Assembly: GCA_963666285.1 (NCBI GenBank)
Contig: OY762711.1
DNA: 64,000 nt
DNA from: Sedimentisphaerales bacterium
GTDB lineage: Bacteria; Planctomycetota; Phycisphaerae; Sedimentisphaerales; SM23-30
Strand: one strand, 5' to 3'
Part shown: piece by piece, positions 56,653-64,000 of the stretch
Layout of the letters: each line of letters opens with the position of its first letter
How positions within the stretch are numbered: the first letter of the stretch is position 1
Notes under the pieces: generated by a model
Told to the model about the DNA's origin: nothing
The model's database searches: none
Seen by the model: only the letters and a program-made list of their open reading frames with translations
Program-made: the position numbers and the translations under genes

Positions 56653-58620
56653 TTAATTTAGAGTTGTTTCGCGTGCGACCCGTTTCGGGATGGAAATTGT
56701 AAAGGTAGTGCCCTGGTTGACAGTTGAGGTCAGTTCGATGTTGCCCTTGTGTTTGTTGACGATGATATCGTATGCGATGGTCAGTCCCTGGCCGGTGCCC
56801 TGTCCGACATCCTTGGAGGTATAGAACGGGTCGAAGATTCGTTCGATTTTGTCTTGCGGTATGCCGCATCCGGTATCAGAAATTTCGATAATAGCATTGT
56901 CACCTGAGTTGTAAGTTCTTATTGTTATCAAACCCATATTGTCCTGGCTGCCGCTATTACGCTCTTTAATTGCGTGCGCTGCATTGACAATCATATTGAG
57001 AATTACCTGGCAGATAGAGTTCGACACCGCCTCGGCAAAAACTCCTTCAGACTGAAATTCAGTATGCAGTTCTGCGATATGTTTCCATTCATTCTTACTA
57101 AGTTCGATAGCGTTATTGATGATGCGGTTGAGTTCGACCTGCCCTAAATTATCTACGGACGGATGAGAGAAGTCTTTCATTGCAGAAATAATCTTGCTGA
57201 CATGGTTTACCCCTGAGAGTGTATCAGAAATTGCATCAGGTACCATATCGATCATTTTTCTGGCTTTATCAATCGCCTGACCATTTTGTGAAACACTGAT
57301 ATTGGCAGAAGATATGTCTTGTGCCATGTGATCAATTGCATCCTTGATAGAGTTAAAGGCATTAGACAGAAACGTCACATTGTCATTTATATACTGGATA
57401 GGGGTATTGATCTCGTGTGCTATCCCGGCTGCCAGCGATCCAATAGATTCCATCTGGTGGGCATGGGCGAGTCGTCTTTCCATTTCCTTCCGTTCGGTAA
57501 TATCAGTTTGTGATACTATAACGCCGATAACCTTACTGTCCTGATTTTTCACAGGAATAGCGATCATGGCATCAACTTTGCCGTTACGTACTATTTCAGA
57601 AGTGCATTTTTCTCCTTTTGCCAACGCTTCCTTTGCCACGCAATTTTGGCAGGGTTCGTCAAGTTTATACCATTCCTTATAACAAGTGAAACCTGATACT
57701 TTTTCTGTTGTGCAGTTGTCAGGCGGGCGGTTAGCCCAGACAACTTCAAGTTCCGGTGTGAGAAAAGCAATTTGTTCTGAGAGTTTATCAAGTATCTCGT
57801 CCCGTTTCCGGGCATGCTGGAGCATCTGGTCTTTTTCCTTTTGCAAGGTTATGTCCTGGTCAATGCCAAGATATTCAACTGGATATCCATCTTTGTCAAA
57901 CTCAACAGTTTCGCCACATGAATGAACCCATCGCCAGGTACTATCGCCGGCTTTGAGTCTGACCTCACGGTTATAACAGCTGTAAGCCGAACCGTCCAGG
58001 CTTTGTTTCCTGAAAGTTTCCAGCTGTTTGCGGTCGTCCGGGTGGAACAGGTTTTCGTAGAAAGCGATATCTACTATAGTCTTGTCTTTATCATAATTGA
58101 AAATATTGAACCATTGGTCACTTAGCTGAATTTCACCTGAGTGATAGTTTATTCTTACTACACCAACTTTTGCCATTTGTGAGGCAAGCTGCAGCTCGGT
58201 ATTTCTTTTGAAGAGTTCCTTTTTGAGCAGAAACATTTTCAGTACATCAAAAACAACAGAATTTAGCTCTTCGTTGTTCCATGGCTTTGCGATGAAACGG
58301 TCCAGTCGTCCGGTATTAACGGTTTTTGCGATGACTTCCATATCGTTTATGCCGGAAAGGAGTGCCATTGAGGTCATCGGCAGTTTTTGGCTGAGTATCC
58401 CGATGAGTTCATCACCTTTCATTGCAGGCATGGCATAGTCGGTGATAACCAGTGCGATATCCTGTTTCTTTTCAAGCAGTTCATTAACCAGTTCAATAGC
58501 TTCAGGTCCGCTTTCAGCCATCTCTATATTGCACATACCCCTAAAAGCAGAATAAAGGTTTTCTTCCAGGCTTTGGAGGACGATCATGTCGTCATCTACA
58601 CATATAATAGTTGGTTTCAT
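56653..58620 (-). CDS. Hybrid REC-PAS-PAS histidine kinase
   Basis: ICVDDD..TDYAMP..KPW receiver; FHPDD PAS; GIAHEINTP H-box; DTGCG, FDPFYTSK and GTGQGL. Confidence 0.92.
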   Translation of the reverse strand: MKPTIICVDDDMIVLQSLEENLYSAFRGMCNIEMAESGPEAIELVNELLEKKQDIALVITDYAMPAMKGDELIGILSQKLPMTSMALLSGINDMEVIAKTVNTGRLDRFIAKPWNNEELNSVVFDVLKMFLLKKELFKRNTELQLASQMAKVGVVRINYHSGEIQLSDQWFNIFNYDKDKTIVDIAFYENLFHPDDRKQLETFRKQSLDGSAYSCYNREVRLKAGDSTWRWVHSCGETVEFDKDGYPVEYLGIDQDITLQKEKDQMLQHARKRDEILDKLSEQIAFLTPELEVVWANRPPDNCTTEKVSGFTCYKEWYKLDEPCQNCVAKEALAKGEKCTSEIVRNGKVDAMIAIPVKNQDSKVIGVIVSQTDITERKEMERRLAHAHQMESIGSLAAGIAHEINTPIQYINDNVTFLSNAFNSIKDAIDHMAQDISSANISVSQNGQAIDKARKMIDMVPDAISDTLSGVNHVSKIISAMKDFSHPSVDNLGQVELNRIINNAIELSKNEWKHIAELHTEFQSEGVFAEAVSNSICQVILNMIVNAAHAIKERNSGSQDNMGLITIRTYNSGDNAIIEISDTGCGIPQDKIERIFDPFYTSKDVGQGTGQGLTIAYDIIVNKHKGNIELTSTVNQGTTFTISIPKRVARETTLN

Positions 58621-58626
58621 GATATA

Positions 58627-59763
58627 TTAATTTGTAATTTCCTGTTCTTTGTCTAATTGCATTGGGCATCTGACTTTTATCGGTTCTTTTATGTGGTTCG
58701 CAAAGTTCTTTAAGCGGTCTAATGACATCCTGTTAAGCTCTATTCCTTCAGCCATCAATAGCAATCCGCTATGAGATATAAGCGGTTCTTCCAAAATCAT
58801 TGAAGGTTCCAGGTCTTTCAATCTCAGGCAGGTTACAAATGTGTCGTTGCTGGAAATAGTATAATCACGAAATGCCATAAGCATCTTTTTGTTGTATATC
58901 CCCTGGTCCTTACAGAGGATGTCATACATGATCTGGTTTAGATTATCTTTGAAGTAGTTTGCGTTCATAAAACCGGCAACTTTTAACATTTGTGCGCCGG
59001 TTGCTATGATAGCAGGTTCCTGGCCGGTATAAAGTTTGTAGTCTCTATGCTGCATGCCGATAATCTTAGCTACACTAGTCAATAGCGGGATACTTTCGAG
59101 AATACTTTGGCCAAGTTCATGATGTCGCCAGTACATTTCTTCCATTCCGATGTTCTGTTTGATTTCTCTGATGGAATTTATTATGACATCCTGTTCGATA
59201 GCAACACAGCCAATATGGCTAAGCAGTGCGGCACTGTGATATTCCTGGTGATCTTCCAGGCTTAGCTTTTCGATAATCTCGGATATAAATTTGTCATATT
59301 GTACGCCGATATTGTAAGCGACCGGGTTAACTTGTGCGATAAGCCCGTGAATAGTCTGAACGATTTCGTATGGAGATTTCTCCAGGATTATGTGCTGTTT
59401 CCGTATAGTCTGTTTTTGTATCAGGTATTTAATAATATAGTGTTTGACTTCTTTGATAGAAACAGGTGCCTGGAAGAATTGTACGTCTAATGAACGGAAT
59501 TGGGCAAGTGAAATTTGTGTCATCTTTTCTACAAAGACAACGATCTTGGCATCGGGCAGGATTTTCGACATCTTGCTTGCAAAGTTTTGATCGTTATTGA
59601 CCAGGCTGTAGTCGGCTAATACAAAGTCAACAGAGCTGTAATCTATATGTCGGCTTTCCAGTGAGTTTGCAATGATTGTATTGCATACTTCCTGGATGGC
59701 AATACTGCACTCCCTGAGGAATCCGGAGGAATTATATAGAAACAATACTGTTGATTTATTCAT
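58627..59763 (-). CDS. Degenerate REC + HD-like domain protein
   Basis: AALLSHIG, HHELGQSILESIP..VAKII..QH, GAQMLKVA and LEPSMILEE...GLLL C-terminal module. Canonical HD and REC DD are absent. Confidence 0.65.
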   Translation of the reverse strand: MNKSTVLFLYNSSGFLRECSIAIQEVCNTIIANSLESRHIDYSSVDFVLADYSLVNNDQNFASKMSKILPDAKIVVFVEKMTQISLAQFRSLDVQFFQAPVSIKEVKHYIIKYLIQKQTIRKQHIILEKSPYEIVQTIHGLIAQVNPVAYNIGVQYDKFISEIIEKLSLEDHQEYHSAALLSHIGCVAIEQDVIINSIREIKQNIGMEEMYWRHHELGQSILESIPLLTSVAKIIGMQHRDYKLYTGQEPAIIATGAQMLKVAGFMNANYFKDNLNQIMYDILCKDQGIYNKKMLMAFRDYTISSNDTFVTCLRLKDLEPSMILEEPLISHSGLLLMAEGIELNRMSLDRLKNFANHIKEPIKVRCPMQLDKEQEITN

Positions 59764-59851
59764 TTGTATAGCCTTTATATACAAGCTGTTTTGTCTTGTC
59801 TTGATCCAATAAATATTGAAAAGGCAGTTGTTACGATAATATAGACAGAAT

Positions 59852-60445
59852 CTATGTAGTTTGAGTCTTCTTGGTTAAAAAAGAGAATAAAAGTTCGCTT
59901 TTAGTGATATCTTCTTCCAAACCATCAAGGAATGCCCTGGTATCTTTGAATGCCGTATCCGTAATTTGAGGAATATGATCAATGTCATTTTCTACAGTGC
60001 CTTCTTCAATGTACTGGTGCAGCGCGTCTGCCTGTCTGGTGCAAATTGCCCTTAGTTTTGATATCTTTTCAAGAACTTCTTTATAGATAAGCCCTTGCCG
60101 AATAGTTGTTACAATATCAACACCGTTACAAGGTTTGCACAGAAATCTGTAAACGTCTCCTTCTTTAATAGCTTTTCTGGCGGTGCCGGTGTCGGGGTTT
60201 CCGGTAAGCATAACTCTAAGTATGCGGGGGTGTTCCTGTCGGAGTTTGAGCAGAAATTCATTTCCGGTCATCATAGGCATTTTTTCGTCTGTAACAATGA
60301 TATCGACCGGATGTTTGCTGACAATGTCGAGGGCCTTTAACGCAGAGTTAGCCGCAATAGTATTGTAATTGTACTGGTGCAGCAGTCTTTCCAGGGAATT
60401 TGTCACCATAGGCTCGTCGTCTACCAATAATATAGTCGCTTCCAT
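59852..60445 (-). CDS. Response regulator (REC + short coiled coil)
   Basis: ILLVDDE, VTDEKMP, MLTG and FLCKP. Start 60445 or 60457. Confidence 0.88.
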   Translation of the reverse strand: MEATILLVDDEPMVTNSLERLLHQYNYNTIAANSALKALDIVSKHPVDIIVTDEKMPMMTGNEFLLKLRQEHPRILRVMLTGNPDTGTARKAIKEGDVYRFLCKPCNGVDIVTTIRQGLIYKEVLEKISKLRAICTRQADALHQYIEEGTVENDIDHIPQITDTAFKDTRAFLDGLEEDITKSELLFSFLTKKTQTT

Positions 60446-61128
60446 CTTAATCTCCATGCGAACACCGGGTTCGATTAATGTGATTATCTGACCAACAGTA
60501 TAAGCCCTAATACTCAGGTCATATTTTTAGGATATAAGTTTGCATTATTGTATCGAAAGGAATGAGCAGGAACTTGGTTAGGATTTTTTGAGGTGAATAG
60601 TATCATATTTTCTAATTGTTGATGTTGAAATAACTTACCTGATATATAGGCTGTTTTTTTACTTTTAGTGACAAATAAAGAAAAAAAATATTGAATACTT
60701 ATGGGACTTCTATTTGATTATGAGTGTCATTTAATGTTTATTCTTTCATACAGTTTTTAAAATAAGAGATAAGATATTCATGTTTACACTATTGATCTTA
60801 ATATACAATATATTTTAGTTCTAATTCTTTGTAAGGTTTGTGAGGTGTTAAGGCGTAAGTTCTTATTAATGATGGTTTTGTGTAGTACTTTGCTTGCTTG
60901 CTAAATAGTGTGTCAATATGCATTGAATGAATGTCTCAGGTAAAATTATTTAATATGTGAGGTGCTAAAGGTCGATGATATAGCAATGATATTATTGAAA
61001 TCCGGATATAAAATATTGTTTATATTTATTGAATTTTCCGAGTCAGTAATATTGGCAGTGGTATTGTAGTTATTTTTCGTTCTAAAATTGCTATCTAGAG
61101 GCATTCTCTGATCATAAAAGTATTAAAA

Positions 61129-63855
61129 TTGATGATTCTGGTAATTATCTTGCTGATACCTTTACCAAGCATTTTGGGGAAATCGGTAGACGGTAAGCCA
61201 GATGTCTGCGCGGCAGTGTTGAATGATTTTCCGCCGCTATATCAGCTGGATTCCAATAATGAGCCCGAAGGATTTGCAATAGATCTGCTGGAAGAAATAT
61301 CACGTCGCGAAGGTATTTCTATTTCGTACAAAAATGTAAATAACTGGGCTGAAGCTATCGATTTAATTCGTACAGGTGAAGCAGATATTATACCAGGTAT
61401 TGGAAAGTCAGAAGCCCGTCTGAGTGAATTTGCATTTACAGATGAAATGGAATCAATTCCAGTATCTTGTTTTGTTAAATATGGAAATAATGAAATAACT
61501 GGTAAAGAATCATTGAAAAAAAGCGGGGTAGTGACCGGTGTTATAGTTAAAAGTGCTGCCCAGACAGAACTGGAAGCTTTGGGGGGGGGTAATCTTAAAG
61601 TATTTGATAGTATTGATCCGGCATTAAACCAGCTGCTTTCGGGTGAGATAGATGCTTTTGTTTTTCCAGAGCCGATATTGCGTAAGAAGTTGTCTCAAAT
61701 GACAATTTCAGAAAAAGTGTTTGTTGCAGGAGAGCCATTGATGTTTTTACATCGTGGATATATGATGGCAGAAGAAAATAGTGAGCTTTTGTCATTATTC
61801 AATAATGCTTTGGATTCAATCATGAAAGAGCCGTTTTATGCAAACCTATATAGTAAATGGTATGGTTCTGAAAAAGAGTATAAAATGCCTCTTTGGATAT
61901 TGGTACTAATTGGCAGTTTGGCTTTTATTGTGTTGATTGTGATAGTGTTTAACTTAATGTTAAGGCGTCAGGTAAAGAAACAGACTGATGAAATTAAGGC
62001 AAATCATAAATTTGTAGATAATTTCTTAGAGGCTGCCGACTGTGTGGTATTGGTTCTCAATGAGGACTATGATATACAATATTGTAATTTGTATTCCCAG
62101 GAGTTGTTCGGTTACAGCAAAGCTGAAATGGAAGGTAAGAATTCCATAAAACTTCTTGTGCCGGAAATTGATACGAATGGGCAGCATACTCGAGAGCTTC
62201 TTGAAGAACGTTTAGGTCGTGGGGTTGTTGTTAGCCATATCAATCAAAATATTACAAAAGACGGACGGTTACTCTGGTTTGTCTGGACAAATAATGTAAT
62301 TTATAATTCTCATACGGGAAAGAATGAGATTGTTGCTATAGGTTTTAATATAACAGTTCAGAAGGAAGCAGAAGAAAAGCTTCGTCAGGCACAACAGGAA
62401 CTTGAGGTTATCCTGAATAATATGGCCGGTAGTGTGATATATCTGGATCGAGAGCTAAATATTATAAGAGTAAATAAAGAGACCGAGCGAATAATGGGTC
62501 TATCTCAAGATGAATTAATAGATAAAAAATGCTACAAAGTCATGTGTCATGCAGAAGAACCGTGTAATGATTGTTCTGCATTACAGGCTATAAAAACCGG
62601 TGTACGCAGCAGAAATGAAACATTTTTATTGCTAAACGGCAGAAATTATGATGTTATTTCCACCCCGATAAAAGATATCCATGATAATATTGTTGGAACT
62701 ATATCAATTTTGAGTGATGTTACACAGCGTAGAAAGCTGGAGACCAATCTGAAAAATGCTCATGAAGCTTTAGAAAGATATAGTAAAGCTTTGGAGCATA
62801 AAGTTCAGGCAGGTAATCTCAAGATGGAGAAGCAGGAAGAGAATTTAAAACAGGCTCAAAACCAATTAATCCAGGCTGAAAAAATGGCGTCTTTGGGCAG
62901 GCTTATTGCTGGTATTGGGCATGAAATTAATTCTCCGCTTGGTGCCATTCGTTCTTCTGGCGAAATTATACAACATGCTTTTGCGGAATTATCTGATTTA
63001 TTTGAAGTCCTGGTAAAATGGCTAAGCAGTGAACAAAAGGATATTTTTTATGAGATGCTGGAGAAGGTTAAATCTTGTAAGATGGTTGATTTATCGAGTA
63101 GGGAACGGCGAGACCGGCGTAATACTATTATGTCTGAATTAGAGAAATTAGGAGTTGAAAAATCATTTGAACTAGCACAGCGTCTTGTAGATATAGGATT
63201 GTTCGATTCTATTGACAGATACGAGGTGATTTTTAATCACCCTGATGTTGATAAGCGAATACAGATTATACAGAATTTATCTCAGGTACATAATGGAACT
63301 AATATAATAGAATGGGCAGTTGAAAGAGCACATAGTCTCATTTATGCGTTAAGGAATTATATTCATACAGGTTCACGGTCTGATATGGTTCCTGTAGATG
63401 TGAAAGACAGTATCTCCATGGTGCTTATGCTGTATCATAATCAGATTAAACATGGTGTGGAAGTAGATCTTGATTTAGGTGATTTACCTGATATAATGGG
63501 TTTTCCAGATGAGTTAAACCAGGTCTGGAGTAATCTAATTAGCAATGCCCTTCAGGCAATGGAATATCAAGGAAATTTGACAATAAAAGGTAGCGTAAAA
63601 GTAAATAATATAGTATTATCTTTTACAGATACAGGATGTGGAATTCCTGATGAAATTAAAGAAGCTATTTTTGAGCCTATGTTTACAACTAAACCTGCGG
63701 GTGAAGGAACTGGAATAGGCCTTGATATAGTAAGTAAAATAGTCAAAAAACATAATGGTGTAATATCAGTTGAGAGTAAGCCGGGTGAAGGTGCAGTATT
63801 TATTGTAAGTCTGCCAGTAAGCCAGGAAATTTCCGAGACAGGAGGTGCAGTTTGA
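61129..63855 (+). CDS. Sensor histidine kinase: periplasmic amino-acid-binding (SBP family 3) domain, TM, two PAS, HisKA, HATPase
   Basis: DFPPL...GFAIDL, YSKWYG, TM, AGIGHEINSPLG, ELNQVWSNL, FEPMFTTK and GTGIGL. Start uncertain. Confidence 0.9.
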   Translation: MMILVIILLIPLPSILGKSVDGKPDVCAAVLNDFPPLYQLDSNNEPEGFAIDLLEEISRREGISISYKNVNNWAEAIDLIRTGEADIIPGIGKSEARLSEFAFTDEMESIPVSCFVKYGNNEITGKESLKKSGVVTGVIVKSAAQTELEALGGGNLKVFDSIDPALNQLLSGEIDAFVFPEPILRKKLSQMTISEKVFVAGEPLMFLHRGYMMAEENSELLSLFNNALDSIMKEPFYANLYSKWYGSEKEYKMPLWILVLIGSLAFIVLIVIVFNLMLRRQVKKQTDEIKANHKFVDNFLEAADCVVLVLNEDYDIQYCNLYSQELFGYSKAEMEGKNSIKLLVPEIDTNGQHTRELLEERLGRGVVVSHINQNITKDGRLLWFVWTNNVIYNSHTGKNEIVAIGFNITVQKEAEEKLRQAQQELEVILNNMAGSVIYLDRELNIIRVNKETERIMGLSQDELIDKKCYKVMCHAEEPCNDCSALQAIKTGVRSRNETFLLLNGRNYDVISTPIKDIHDNIVGTISILSDVTQRRKLETNLKNAHEALERYSKALEHKVQAGNLKMEKQEENLKQAQNQLIQAEKMASLGRLIAGIGHEINSPLGAIRSSGEIIQHAFAELSDLFEVLVKWLSSEQKDIFYEMLEKVKSCKMVDLSSRERRDRRNTIMSELEKLGVEKSFELAQRLVDIGLFDSIDRYEVIFNHPDVDKRIQIIQNLSQVHNGTNIIEWAVERAHSLIYALRNYIHTGSRSDMVPVDVKDSISMVLMLYHNQIKHGVEVDLDLGDLPDIMGFPDELNQVWSNLISNALQAMEYQGNLTIKGSVKVNNIVLSFTDTGCGIPDEIKEAIFEPMFTTKPAGEGTGIGLDIVSKIVKKHNGVISVESKPGEGAVFIVSLPVSQEISETGGAV

Positions 63856-64000
63856 GTGCAGAAAAAAAGACTGCTATTTTATGTGTAGATGATGAGCGAA
63901 TGATCCTTCAATCCTTGGAATTACAACTATCAGAGCACTTTCGTCCCCATCATTTGCTTGAATTTGCTGAAAGTGCCGAGGAAGGCCTTGAAATACTTGA
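63852..64000 (+). CDS. Response regulator receiver, 3'-truncated by window edge
   Basis: TTG overlapping the kinase stop with GGAGG RBS; reads MSAEKKTAILCVDDERMILQSLELQL...EFAESAEEGLEIL. Confidence 0.85.
   Translation, partial: MSAEKKTAILCVDDERMILQSLELQLSEHFRPHHLLEFAESAEEGLEIL

Overview
Bacterial chromosomal window. The secreted proteins carry 'D.x.DC.VD..D...LA..WL' dockerin-like motifs, which suggests an anaerobic planctomycete (Phycisphaerae/Sedimentisphaerales-like); that assignment is inference. From left to right it holds: the end of fhs, a DcaP-like porin, a cheA-cheR-cheY-cheX operon whose CheA has two Hpt domains and four MshEN-like repeats, and signalling/AAA genes. Next is an apparently intact type II-C CRISPR-Cas9 locus (tracrRNA, cas9, cas1, cas2, 22 repeats/21 spacers) bracketed by ~470-bp direct repeats. 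It is followed by a decayed IS200 tnpA, an AT-rich lipoprotein gene and an orphan CRISPR repeat. The rest is a block of large secreted multidomain proteins (CotH/LTD, BlaI-BlaR1/M56, zincin-LamG, Ntn hydrolase, SGNH, two LamG paralogues, GH105, GH16), housekeeping genes and a two-component cluster. Most striking: every CRISPR repeat carries a complete sigma70-like promoter (TTGACA-N16-TACACT, minus strand). A lone copy of that repeat sits 11 bp upstream of the lipoprotein start codon, where a spacer would normally be, so the repeat may have been co-opted as a gene promoter.
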